From: Ignavibacteriota bacterium
GTDB lineage: Bacteria > Bacteroidota > Ignavibacteria > UBA10030 > UBA6906
Reading direction: 5' to 3'
DNA length: 64,000 nucleotides
Assembly: GCA_963801355.1 (NCBI GenBank)
Contig: CAWDEM010000008.1
Span: forward strand, 2,240,001 to 2,304,000
In this document: positions 31,724 through 41,338 of the stretch, one piece after another
Numbering within the stretch: the stretch's first letter is position 1
How the letters are laid out: every line of letters begins with the position of its first letter
The notes under the pieces: model-generated
Databases searched by the model: none
Told to the model about the DNA's origin: nothing
Seen by the model: only the letters and a program-made list of their open reading frames with translations
Position numbers and translations under genes: made by a program

Positions 31724-32261
31724 GGGCACCCCCCGGCACATTCCCTTTTTGCCGAACCTTATTGCGACAGGGTTGTTCGCCGGGTATATCCCCTGGGCGT
31801 CCGGCACGTTTGGAACGCTTGTCGGCGTGCTCTTCTATCTTCTCCCCGGTGCCGAGCATCCCCTCGTGCTGGGCATAATGGCCGTGCTCGGGTTCTTTGT
31901 CGGGGCCTGGGCTTCCGCGCGCGTCGCAGCGGTGGTCGGCCACCGACTCACCCGGAGCGCTGAGAAAGCCAAGCAGATGTTCCAGGAGGGAGAACATCTG
32001 ACGGCCGATCCATCAATTGTGGTGATCGATGAGATCGTCGGCATCTGGATCACGTATCTCTTTCTGCCGAAAACCATACCGGTGATAGTGATTGGATTTC
32101 TTGCATTCCGCATGTTCGACATTCTCAAGCCGCAACCGGCCCGGCGCCTGGAGAGTATTCCCCACGGCTGGGGCATTATGCTCGACGACGTCATCGCGGG
32201 CATCTATGCAAACATCGCAACACAGATAGTCTGGTACCTCTGGCGAACACTCGGACTATAA
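31683..32261 (+). CDS. pgpA: Phosphatidylglycerophosphatase A
   Basis: ASGTFGT, DPSIVVIDEIVG, FRMFDILKP and GWGIMLDDVIAG. Confidence 0.93.
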   Translation: MNSSNTSTGGNLPEGTPRHIPFLPNLIATGLFAGYIPWASGTFGTLVGVLFYLLPGAEHPLVLGIMAVLGFFVGAWASARVAAVVGHRLTRSAEKAKQMFQEGEHLTADPSIVVIDEIVGIWITYLFLPKTIPVIVIGFLAFRMFDILKPQPARRLESIPHGWGIMLDDVIAGIYANIATQIVWYLWRTLGL

Positions 32262-33524
32262 ATGACTGCAGAAATTCTCACGATTGGCGACGAACTGCTC
32301 ATCGGCCAGGTGATCAACACCAATCAGGCCTATATCGCGGAACAGCTGAACCTGATCAACATTCGCGTGGCACGCATGCAGACTGTGGGCGATGAGATAG
32401 ACGAAGTGCTGGCGGCATTCCGCTCTGCGTGGGACGCGTACGATGTCGTCATCGTCACAGGGGGGCTCGGACCGACACATGACGATATTACGAAGAAGGC
32501 GGTGTGCCGATTTTTCGATACGGACCTCATCAGCAGCGAGACCGTGCGTCGCCACATCCAGGAACTCTGGAAACGCCGGAACATGCGGTGGACCCTGTCG
32601 TCTGAAGAGCAGACGATGGTGCCCCGGAAGGCGGCATTGGTCGACAATCCACTTGGCACCGCTGCGGGTTTCGTATTCACAGACGGAACGAAGAGGTTCA
32701 TCGTCCTCCCGGGCGTGCCGTATGAAATGAAGGAGATGATGGTCCGGTCGGTGATCCCGATGCTCCTTCCGCTGGTGGGGGGAATGTCGATACGGCACCG
32801 CACGGTGAGAACCACCGGCATCGCCGAGAGCATGCTGGCCGAGCGCCTGGGAGATATCGATGCCTTACTGGAAGGAGCGAAGCTGGCCTTCCTGCCGGCA
32901 CCCACCGGTGTGCGGCTCCGGATCACTGTGCATGACACTGCCCCCGGAGCGGCCGAGCAGAGGGTGCGGGAAATCGAGGACCGCATCCGCGCACGCGCGG
33001 GGGAGTTCATCTACGGCGTTGACCACGAAGAGCTGGAGGAAGTCCTGGGGAGGATTCTCACTGAACGAAGACTGTCCATTGCCGTGGCCGAATCGTGTAC
33101 CGGCGGAATGATCTTGAACAGGCTGACAAATGTCAGCGGCAGTTCAGCGTACGTCGAACGTGGCGTGGTGTGCTATAGCAACCGTTCGAAGATGGAACTT
33201 CTGGGCGTGCCGGAGCGACTGCTCACGCATCATGGTGCCGTGAGCAAGGAAGTCGCTGTAGCAATGGCCGCCGGCATTCGTCGCATCGCTGGAACAGACA
33301 TCGGCCTCTCCACCACGGGCATCGCCGGACCAACAGGCGGCACTGAGGAAAAGCCGGTGGGATTGGTCTGGATCGGCTATGCAAATGCCGCTGCGGCTTT
33401 TGCGGTCGAACACCGGTTCGGAGGAACGCGCGCCCTGATCAAAGAACGGGCTTCGCAGGCTGCACTCGATCTGGTACGGAAAAGCATCACAACGGGGAAG
33501 GAAAACAGTCGTGACATCGCGTGA
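32262..33524 (+). CDS. cinA: CinA (molybdopterin-binding-like domain plus PncC NMN deamidase)
   Basis: IGDELLIG, GGLGPTHDDIT, LPGVPYEM, AESCTGG and TGIAGP. Confidence 0.95.
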   Translation: MTAEILTIGDELLIGQVINTNQAYIAEQLNLINIRVARMQTVGDEIDEVLAAFRSAWDAYDVVIVTGGLGPTHDDITKKAVCRFFDTDLISSETVRRHIQELWKRRNMRWTLSSEEQTMVPRKAALVDNPLGTAAGFVFTDGTKRFIVLPGVPYEMKEMMVRSVIPMLLPLVGGMSIRHRTVRTTGIAESMLAERLGDIDALLEGAKLAFLPAPTGVRLRITVHDTAPGAAEQRVREIEDRIRARAGEFIYGVDHEELEEVLGRILTERRLSIAVAESCTGGMILNRLTNVSGSSAYVERGVVCYSNRSKMELLGVPERLLTHHGAVSKEVAVAMAAGIRRIAGTDIGLSTTGIAGPTGGTEEKPVGLVWIGYANAAAAFAVEHRFGGTRALIKERASQAALDLVRKSITTGKENSRDIA

Positions 33525-34743
33525 ACGCATCCTTGCGGCTCTCCACCATCGTCAGCCTGACCGCGTGCCGGTCGATTTCTCCGGTCACCGGTCGTCCGGC
33601 ATCCACGCAATCGCCTATGCCCGTTTGCGCAAGTACCTCGGTCTTCCCGAGCGGCCGATCCGCGTGTACGACATCATCCAGCAAATGGCGGTTGTCGACG
33701 AGGATATCCTGGCCCTTGCCGGCGCGGATACCATCGAACTCGGACGCGCCTTTGCGACAGAGGACCGGTGGTGGCATGACTGGGTTCTCCCTGACGGGAC
33801 TCCCTGCCAGGTTCCTATCTGGGTCACTCCCGAACGGGATGGTGCACGGTGGGTGTTGCGGTCGGCGAGCGGCCGGATCCTTGCACAAATGCCTGACGGC
33901 GCGCTCTATTTTGAACAGACATATTACCCGTTCCTTGATGGGGTCGAGAACTTCGACGCCTTCCCCGAGGTGTTTGCGGAGTCAATGTGGACAGGCATAG
34001 CGTCCCCTCCCGGACCGATCGCCGACGGCCCGGACGGCACACGCGCGTTCATCGAAGGGGCGAAGGGACTGCGTGCAGGTACGGACAGGGCTATCCTTGC
34101 ACTGTTCGGAGGCAATCTCCTGGAGGTCGGTCAGTTCATGTACCGGAATGACAATTTCTTCATGCTCCTTGCCGGCGAACCCGAGCGGGCCCATGATTTC
34201 CTGGAACACGTGGTGGAATACCACCTCCGCAATCTTGAGAGTTTTCTCGGAAAGATCGGTCCGTTCGTCGACATCATCGTCTTCGGCGATGATCTCGGGA
34301 TGCAGACAGGGCCGCAGCTCTCGCCGGCCATGTACAGGGAATTCTTCAAACCCCGGCATGCGCGGATGTGGAAACGCGCGAAGGAACTGGCCCCTGTTAA
34401 GGTCATGCTGCACAGCTGCGGTGGAGTGCGGGAGTTGCTGCCGGATCTCATCGATGCCGGCCTTGACGCCATCAATCCGGTGCAGATTTCCTGCCGGGGA
34501 ATGGAAGCGGCGGGGTTAAAGCGGGACTTCGGAGACCGCATCACCTTCTGGGGAGGCGGTTGTGACACGCGGGAGGTTCTTTCGCGCGGAACGCCGGCAA
34601 TGGTCCGTGCACATGTACACGATCAGATCCGCGCACTGCATCATGAGGGCGGCTTTGTGTTCCAGCAGGTGCACAACATCCTGGCGGATGTCCCGCCCGC
34701 CAATATCGTAGCGATGTTCGAGGCGGTGCGCACAGCACAATAA
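33511..34743 (+). CDS. Uroporphyrinogen decarboxylase-like / MtaA-CmuA superfamily protein
   Basis: MTSRERI.AAL....PDRVPVD, GDDLG.Q, HSCG, NPVQ, FWGGGCD and HNI..DVPP.NI. Confidence 0.85.
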   Translation: MTSRERILAALHHRQPDRVPVDFSGHRSSGIHAIAYARLRKYLGLPERPIRVYDIIQQMAVVDEDILALAGADTIELGRAFATEDRWWHDWVLPDGTPCQVPIWVTPERDGARWVLRSASGRILAQMPDGALYFEQTYYPFLDGVENFDAFPEVFAESMWTGIASPPGPIADGPDGTRAFIEGAKGLRAGTDRAILALFGGNLLEVGQFMYRNDNFFMLLAGEPERAHDFLEHVVEYHLRNLESFLGKIGPFVDIIVFGDDLGMQTGPQLSPAMYREFFKPRHARMWKRAKELAPVKVMLHSCGGVRELLPDLIDAGLDAINPVQISCRGMEAAGLKRDFGDRITFWGGGCDTREVLSRGTPAMVRAHVHDQIRALHHEGGFVFQQVHNILADVPPANIVAMFEAVRTAQ

Positions 34744-34749
34744 TTTCGC

Positions 34750-34807
34750 TTGACAAAGAGCAGTCGACGGTGTACCTTGAGGTGACTAAAGTCATCAAAT
34801 GACTTTA
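34750..34807 (+). promoter_or_regulatory. Sigma70 promoter plus palindromic operator candidate
   Basis: TTGACA (34750)-17 nt-TACCTT (34773); inverted repeat TAAAGTCAT-CAA-ATGACTTTA at 34787-34807. Confidence 0.75.
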
Positions 34808-34827
34808 CCACTTACCGTGCTTGTCGC

Positions 34828-35550
34828 GTGAACACCCGACTGCAACGCACAGGGCTACCCGATCAGTTGGCAGAACGGCTCCAGCGGCTCATCGCGGAGA
34901 GGCACCTGCAGCCGGGTGCCCGCCTCCCTCCGATGAGCGCACTCGCTGTCCGCTTCCGTGTCGGATACCCCACCCTCCGCGAAGGACTCAAGAAACTCGA
35001 AGCACTCGGCGTCATCTCCATCCACCACGGATCCGGGGTGTACGTTCGTCAACCCGTCACCGGCATTTTTCTGGTTAACCCCATTTCCGCAGCAAGCGAG
35101 CCAACCCGAAAGGTCCTTCTGGATCTCATCGAAGCCCGTGGGGCCGTGGAGATGGGCACTATCGGGCTCGCCGCCGAAAGAATAACTCCCGCACAATCAG
35201 CGCAGTTGGAGCGTCTCCTCGAAGAGGCGCTCCGTAACCTCGAGGACCATCAGGAGCTCAACCGCATTAACATGCAGATTCATCTCTGCATCGCAGCGGC
35301 CTCCGGCAATTCCGTGCTGACACACCTCCTGGAGGTAATTCTGAACATGTTCAAAGAGCAGCAGCGCCTGCTGCTCGACATCCGCGGCTTTCCGCGGAGC
35401 GACTATGAACAGCATGTGCGGCTCGTCGATGCCGTACGGCACCGCCATAAAGCATTGGCCCTCACACGCATGCGCAAACATCTCGACGGATTCCGGCAGG
35501 CCGTCCTTGACTTGGACAGCACTCACACCAATTCCACAGAAAGACGCTAA
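34828..35550 (+). CDS. GntR/FadR-family transcriptional regulator
   Basis: N-terminal wHTH (PGARLP...LREGLKKLE..G.....HGSGVYV) and FCD-type C-terminus (IH..IAAASGN, H..LVDA). Confidence 0.92.
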   Translation: MNTRLQRTGLPDQLAERLQRLIAERHLQPGARLPPMSALAVRFRVGYPTLREGLKKLEALGVISIHHGSGVYVRQPVTGIFLVNPISAASEPTRKVLLDLIEARGAVEMGTIGLAAERITPAQSAQLERLLEEALRNLEDHQELNRINMQIHLCIAAASGNSVLTHLLEVILNMFKEQQRLLLDIRGFPRSDYEQHVRLVDAVRHRHKALALTRMRKHLDGFRQAVLDLDSTHTNSTERR

Positions 35551-35551
35551 C

Positions 35552-38530
35552 ATGGCGACGGACATTCTGCGACGCGCACTGTTGTGCGGCCTCACGGCAG
35601 TCACGTTCTCCGGTGCGGCGTTCAGCCAGTTCGGCAAAGTGACCGGTATCATCACCGACCGCGCAACCCGCGAACCGCTCATCGGAGCAAATGTCACACT
35701 CTCTGGGACCACGGCCGGCGCTTCCACAAATACCCAGGGCGAATACTTCGTTCTCCGCGTTACCCCCGGAGTGTATATATTGCGCGTATCGCTGCTCGGA
35801 TATCACGAAGCCACGGTGAAGAACGTCAAGGTGAGTATCGACCTCTCCACACACATCAACGTCGCCCTCGATGAACAGAGCGTGGAAATCGGAGAAGAGG
35901 TGGTCATCACCGCGGAACGCCCGGTGATCCAGAAAGACGCCACCTCCAGCACGCTGTATGTCGACGCCGCCACGATATCCGCCCTGCCGGTCTCGGATGC
36001 CCGGGAGGGTATCCTCGTCCAGAGCGGCGTGTTCTTCGACCCGATCCCCGTCATGGGAGGCCTGGGCGGATCCGGCAGAGGCGAAACCCGCTATGCTGTC
36101 CGCGGCGGTACCCAGCAGGAGGTGAAGTGGTTCTACGACGGGGTGCGGACCGGCGCCCTCATCGAGGGCCGCGCCGATCGCGGCGGTTCGTACACCGGGG
36201 TCAACTTGAATGCCGTCCAGGAAATCCAAGTGCTCACGGGCGGCTTCAGCGCGGAATATGGTGACGCCCAGTCAGGTATCGTGAATGTCGTCACCAAAGA
36301 AGGGGGAGGCGGATATTCCGGATCGGTGGAATACATCCACGGCTTCGCCGGACAACACCATTTCGGCCCGTATCTGTACGACCAGACCTCTCAGAAAGAG
36401 TTCCTGGACCACCGCGTGCCCGACGGCTCACTGGACCCTGCATGGTGGACTCCATACCGGCAGCGCCAGATATATGACTACACGAACATTTCCGATCATA
36501 CGGTATATCTCAGCTTTGGCGGACCGATCTATCAAACCACCGGTGGCAAGGGAGCATTTTTTCTCTCAGCAGCCCTCAAGCGAGAAGCGTATGTTTTTCC
36601 CCACCCACGGGATACGCGGAACAATGAAAACGTCATGGGAAATTTTTCGTTCCAGCTCCAGCCGGAAATGAAACTCCGTGTCACCGGCCTCTTGGCCCAC
36701 GAAGCACACGCGACACTCCAGGAGAACGGCGACTTCGTCATGCAGGCAAAATATTACCGGGGCTGGGGATCCCTGCTTGACACCTATACCTACAGCGGCT
36801 CCGCCCAACTCACACACACGCTGTCGCCCTCACTCTTCTATGAGGCCAAACTCAGCGGCTTCCTGTTTGACAGCCGGGAGACTCCCAGCGACTATATCGC
36901 ACTCGGAGAGAGCAAGAACCCCGACTTGTTCGGGTTCCAGCGGTACGACGGCTATCAGAGCGAGCCTTTCGATGCGTACTCCTACATTCTCAACAACCAC
37001 CTGCAGAACGGTGATCTCTCCTTCACCGGCAGCGTCAGCTGGCAGGCAGACCAGGCAAATCTTCTCAAAGGGGGAGTGGAGTTTCATTATAACACGCTGG
37101 CGGAAAAGGAAGTCAGCCGGTGGCCTTCCTTTACCACAGAGCGTGCGCTCTGGCTGAACCGCGGTCTCCACGAGACCTATCATCCCCTGCAGCTTTCGGC
37201 GTATCTTCAGGACAAGATGGAATTCGAGAGCATGATCCTCAGCCTGGGAGTACGATACGACTACTTCAATCCGAATCGTGACTGGTTCTGGGGCAACAAC
37301 CTCTACAATCTCAGCATCGATCCCGAGTATTCGGTCGCACAGGACCCCGACCGGGATCAGATCGATTCTCTCGGACATGTGAAGTACGCGTTTGACAATG
37401 TGCTCAAGAAATCCCGGACCCCCTCCCCCACCTATCACATGGTCAGCCCGCGCCTCGGGGTATCCTTCCCCATCACGGAGAATACCGTCCTGCGCTTCAA
37501 CTACGGCCACTTCTACCAGATGCCGCCTCTGGACTGGTTGTATGAGTTCAATTATTTCCGTCCCATTTACATCGTGAAAAGCATTCAGGCGGAATTGGGC
37601 AATCCCAACCCGCGCCACATCCCTTCTGCCGATGGCGACCCGGAACGCGTAGTGCTCCTGACCAATCAACCCCTGCGTCCGATGAAGACGGTGTCTTTCG
37701 AAGCGGGTATCAAACACAACTTCAACGATATCGTTGTGCTGGATGTCGTGGGATTCTACAAAGACGTGACAGACCAGACGTACTCGCGGCAGGGAATCTT
37801 TGACCGTCGCATTTACGGATACGATCCCTTCAGCCGGACCACCACCACGAACACATTCTATTCCAGCTTGCTGTCAGGGGACTACGGTGACGCGCAAGGA
37901 TTCGAAGTGACCCTCCGGTCCCTCTTCAGCAATGTGGTGATGTTTGACCTGAACTACAGCTTTTCACGATCCCTGCAGGGCCGGGCATCGCCGGCGAGAA
38001 TCAATTATGACTCTCTCGGATTGACAACGTTTGTGTATGATACAGACGTTAACAGAAGGATCCCCGTGGAATCTCATTTCAGCCGCCCGCACATTGTTCG
38101 GGCAAACGTGTTGCTACGGTATCCTCAAGATGCGGGGGAGTCTTTCCTGTCAGATATTCTCCGCGATGCCAGCGCCAGCATTCTGTATCGTTTCACCAGC
38201 GGGCAGACGTTCACGTACCTCGGGCCGAACGACCCGCCCGACACATATGACAACCAGAGGTATCCTGTTTCACATACCGTTGACCTCCGCCTCGATAAAT
38301 CACTCCGGTTGGGGGGAAACCACGAGGTGAGTGTTTCGCTCCGTATCACCAACCTGTTGAACACAAAGAACGTGCGCTCCCTCGGTGACATTTTCTATGA
38401 TCCCAACGCGATAAAGAAATTTGTCGACACCGGCGAGGTCACGACAGTTGACGGTGCAGGGTACGACATCTCCTGGCAGACGTGGTACGAAACACGCCGC
38501 TTCTATTTGAGCGCGCGATACGTGTTCTAA
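35552..38530 (+). CDS. TonB-dependent receptor (non-SusC type) with N-terminal carboxypeptidase-regulatory-like domain
   Basis: Signal peptide; GKVTG.ITD..T.EPLIGANV; EEVVITAERPVI; plug motif TGGFSAEYG.AQSG.VNVVTK; SPRLGVSFPI; C-terminal Phe. Start moved to ATG 35552. Confidence 0.92.
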   Translation: MATDILRRALLCGLTAVTFSGAAFSQFGKVTGIITDRATREPLIGANVTLSGTTAGASTNTQGEYFVLRVTPGVYILRVSLLGYHEATVKNVKVSIDLSTHINVALDEQSVEIGEEVVITAERPVIQKDATSSTLYVDAATISALPVSDAREGILVQSGVFFDPIPVMGGLGGSGRGETRYAVRGGTQQEVKWFYDGVRTGALIEGRADRGGSYTGVNLNAVQEIQVLTGGFSAEYGDAQSGIVNVVTKEGGGGYSGSVEYIHGFAGQHHFGPYLYDQTSQKEFLDHRVPDGSLDPAWWTPYRQRQIYDYTNISDHTVYLSFGGPIYQTTGGKGAFFLSAALKREAYVFPHPRDTRNNENVMGNFSFQLQPEMKLRVTGLLAHEAHATLQENGDFVMQAKYYRGWGSLLDTYTYSGSAQLTHTLSPSLFYEAKLSGFLFDSRETPSDYIALGESKNPDLFGFQRYDGYQSEPFDAYSYILNNHLQNGDLSFTGSVSWQADQANLLKGGVEFHYNTLAEKEVSRWPSFTTERALWLNRGLHETYHPLQLSAYLQDKMEFESMILSLGVRYDYFNPNRDWFWGNNLYNLSIDPEYSVAQDPDRDQIDSLGHVKYAFDNVLKKSRTPSPTYHMVSPRLGVSFPITENTVLRFNYGHFYQMPPLDWLYEFNYFRPIYIVKSIQAELGNPNPRHIPSADGDPERVVLLTNQPLRPMKTVSFEAGIKHNFNDIVVLDVVGFYKDVTDQTYSRQGIFDRRIYGYDPFSRTTTTNTFYSSLLSGDYGDAQGFEVTLRSLFSNVVMFDLNYSFSRSLQGRASPARINYDSLGLTTFVYDTDVNRRIPVESHFSRPHIVRANVLLRYPQDAGESFLSDILRDASASILYRFTSGQTFTYLGPNDPPDTYDNQRYPVSHTVDLRLDKSLRLGGNHEVSVSLRITNLLNTKNVRSLGDIFYDPNAIKKFVDTGEVTTVDGAGYDISWQTWYETRRFYLSARYVF

Positions 38531-38541
38531 CGGAGACCGGC

Positions 38542-40374
38542 ATGACCTCTCGATTGTACATTGTTCTGATCTGCGCGGTAGCCCTCCTGGCCAGGGAAGG
38601 CATGCACGCGCAAACCCGCACCCCCGAGTTCCGTGTTCACGATCGTGGCGAGCTCTGGGAAACCATGAAAGACAACGGCCTGATCGGTGCACCGAATCCG
38701 ACCAACCGGTTTGAATACTATCCCAGCATGGATTGGCCAGGCGGACCGCACATTCTGGTCAGCAAAGACGAACAACGTTCCTATAATTACCAGGCCGGCA
38801 TGTGGATGGGTGGCAAGAAGGCCGGAGGTCAGCTGTTCTTCACTGAAAACGGCCCATTCACATTCGTTGACAACGGCACATTCTCGGCAATCACCAAAAA
38901 AACCAATTTCTTTGGTTCTCCCGGGTTCAACCCGGAGGAAGCGGAGGAAACCATAACCGCCGAATGGACGACAACAGAAGGCATGCGCGTCAAACGCACA
39001 AGCCGCAGCTGGAGCTCTCCCCCGTACAACAACTTTATACTCATCGAGTATCTGGTGACGAATCTGAACTCCTCCGCTGTCTCCGACCTTTTCCTCGGAT
39101 TCCCCTATCTCCTCCGCCCCAGTTACCAGGATTTTGTAGTACACAACGGTTGGGGAGACGATTTGAACCGTGCCGATGATCTCCCTGGGTTTGATTCCAC
39201 TCTCGCCCTGATGTATGTATATGATGACACGCCGAATTTCAGCATCCCGTCGGATGTCGGCAACTATTGGTCGAAAGCCGACGAACTCCGCACCACCGGC
39301 TTCGCCGGAGTGGCATTGATCTTCGCTGACGCTGCGACGGGCGGACGCGCGCAACCGGCCAACATCCTCTCCGCCCAGTTGTTGGGCAACGAACGGAACC
39401 TGACGCTCAGCAGTGTAACGCCGGCGAAGTTGTACGATGTGCTCACAGGAGCGGACCGGTCTCTTCAGGCTGCCTCAGATCTGCGCCTTTGCCCGTTCAT
39501 GCTGATGTCCTGCGGACCCTATACCGTCGCTCCCAACGGCATAGTCAAAATCGTCCTCGCCCAGGCGGTGAATGGCCTGCCTTTGAGTGATGCTGTTCTC
39601 GGGCTTGCGATGCAGCCTTCGCTCCCGGCAGGACTCGACTTATTGAAGGCAAGCATTTCCCGGGCTCGTGATGTGCAGGCTGGCAACAATCGTCTCCCCG
39701 CATTCCCTCCTCCCTCGCCGGACGCCGAGTATATCGCTTTGCCGACATCCCGGTCAATCTCCCTGACCTGGCCGCCGCTTGAGGATGTCTACGCCAATGC
39801 CGTGAGCGGTGCACGCAATTTCCGCGGCTACAAGGTGTATCGTAGTTCCCGGAGCTTCGTGGGCCCGTTCACGCTCATGCGGACGATTAATGCCCGCAAC
39901 CCGACCGACCGCACACGGTTCTATGACGCTGCCCTGGGCAGGTGGCGCGTGCTCGACCAATCCATCGATCTGGGCGTGACATATTTCTATGCCGTCACGT
40001 CGTTTGACAGTCTGGACAACGAAAGTGGCCTGACGAACAGGAATGAACTGGGGATCGCCGCCACAAGTCCCCCCGCCGCGTCCGCTTCCGATGTCCGTGT
40101 CTTTCCGAATCCGTTCCGCGGTGTCTCCGGCTTCCCCACCCGCGGAGAGGAGAGCTCCATTGTATGGACCAACCTCCCCGGTCTCGCGACAATCCGCATC
40201 TTCACCTCGAGCGGCGAGCTGGTGAAAACCATCAAACAGGAAAGCCTTACCTCCGGACAGGTGGTGTGGGATCAGTTATCCGATGCACGCCAGCGCGTAG
40301 CTCCGGGGATTTTCTTCTGGACGGTGGAGTCTCCCGTCGGAAGCTCCCACGGCACTCTGGTGATCATCAAGTGA
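38542..40374 (+). CDS. Secreted protein of unknown function with FN3-like module and T9SS/FlgD-like C-terminal domain
   Basis: Signal peptide ending AQ; LTW...F.GYKVYRS...YFYAVTSFD...ES (FN3-like); VFPNPF...FT.SGELVKTI...WD...PGIFFW...LVIIK. Confidence 0.8.
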   Translation: MTSRLYIVLICAVALLAREGMHAQTRTPEFRVHDRGELWETMKDNGLIGAPNPTNRFEYYPSMDWPGGPHILVSKDEQRSYNYQAGMWMGGKKAGGQLFFTENGPFTFVDNGTFSAITKKTNFFGSPGFNPEEAEETITAEWTTTEGMRVKRTSRSWSSPPYNNFILIEYLVTNLNSSAVSDLFLGFPYLLRPSYQDFVVHNGWGDDLNRADDLPGFDSTLALMYVYDDTPNFSIPSDVGNYWSKADELRTTGFAGVALIFADAATGGRAQPANILSAQLLGNERNLTLSSVTPAKLYDVLTGADRSLQAASDLRLCPFMLMSCGPYTVAPNGIVKIVLAQAVNGLPLSDAVLGLAMQPSLPAGLDLLKASISRARDVQAGNNRLPAFPPPSPDAEYIALPTSRSISLTWPPLEDVYANAVSGARNFRGYKVYRSSRSFVGPFTLMRTINARNPTDRTRFYDAALGRWRVLDQSIDLGVTYFYAVTSFDSLDNESGLTNRNELGIAATSPPAASASDVRVFPNPFRGVSGFPTRGEESSIVWTNLPGLATIRIFTSSGELVKTIKQESLTSGQVVWDQLSDARQRVAPGIFFWTVESPVGSSHGTLVIIK

Positions 40375-40384
40375 GGCATGCGCC

Positions 40385-41326
40385 ATGACTCGAATATTCG
40401 CTCTGCTCTTTCTCACCCTCGTCGGTCCCGCTGCGCTTGCACAGTTCGACTACGGGTTCGAGTTTTCGAAAGCGGGAACCGCCGGTCTTCAGGCGCTCAA
40501 GATACTGCCGGGGGCGCGCGACGCCGCGCTGGCGGGCGCCATGGTCTCTCTCGCCAACGATGCCACAGCGGTATTCATCAATCCCGGGGGGCTGGCATTC
40601 GTGGATCAATCAGAAGCAGTGGTCTCACATGTTTCCTGGCTTGCCGGCAGCCGCACCGACGCAGCGGTCCTCGCAACTCCCTTCGCGGGTTTCGTGTTTG
40701 CCCTGAGCGCTGTCCGGTTCGGCATCGAGGAGTTCGAGGAAACCACCGTCCGTCAGCCGATGGGCACCGGCCGTATGGTGTCAGCCGGCGATCTGGTGAT
40801 CGGACTGGGGGCAGCCCGCCGGTTCTCTGACAAGCTGACAATCGGGCTCCAGCTCAAATACGTGCGGGAATCCCTCGACCATGACGCCGTGAACAACATC
40901 CTCTTTGACGTCGGGTCCATCTACTACACCGGCTTCCATAATCTCCGCCTCGGTTTTGCGGTGCAGCACTTCGGGCCGGACATGAAGATCATCGACCAGA
41001 AATTCCGCTCCCCCCTGCTCTTCCGCGTGGGTGCCGGTGAGGATGTGACATGGGGGGATGACCATCGTCTGACCACTGCAGTCGATCTCGTGCACCCCAC
41101 TGACAACAACGAGTGGGTCAACTGGGGCGTGGAATACGAGATGTTCAGTACCCTCAGCCTGCGCACAGGATACCGGTTTGATGTGGAGCGAGGCAAATGG
41201 AGCTTCGGTGCGGGCGTCCGGCCACCCGAGGTTGCCGGCATCGCCCTCGGTGTCGACTATGCATATTCGCACTTCGATGCAACATTCGGGGCCATTCACC
41301 AGTTCACGGTTGCCATCGCTTTTTGA
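40385..41326 (+). CDS. PorV/PorQ-family outer-membrane beta-barrel
   Basis: KAGTAG...LKI.PGAR.AAL.GA...NDATAVFINPGGL, the typical PorV/FadL-like N-terminus; alternating strands; DYAY; terminal Phe. Confidence 0.85.
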   Translation: MTRIFALLFLTLVGPAALAQFDYGFEFSKAGTAGLQALKILPGARDAALAGAMVSLANDATAVFINPGGLAFVDQSEAVVSHVSWLAGSRTDAAVLATPFAGFVFALSAVRFGIEEFEETTVRQPMGTGRMVSAGDLVIGLGAARRFSDKLTIGLQLKYVRESLDHDAVNNILFDVGSIYYTGFHNLRLGFAVQHFGPDMKIIDQKFRSPLLFRVGAGEDVTWGDDHRLTTAVDLVHPTDNNEWVNWGVEYEMFSTLSLRTGYRFDVERGKWSFGAGVRPPEVAGIALGVDYAYSHFDATFGAIHQFTVAIAF

Positions 41327-41338
41327 GACAGAGTGGGA

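Noticed and set aside
33505-33515. ACAGTCGTGAC at the island's left edge resembles ACAGTCATGAC at the recA start, as a possible att/target duplication
   Set aside because: The match is only 10/11 nt, both copies are start-codon contexts, and thpR lies inside the interval, so they do not bracket the island.
33511-34743. Calling the URO-D-like gene hemE
   Set aside because: It lacks the HemE RQAGR motif and heme-pathway context.
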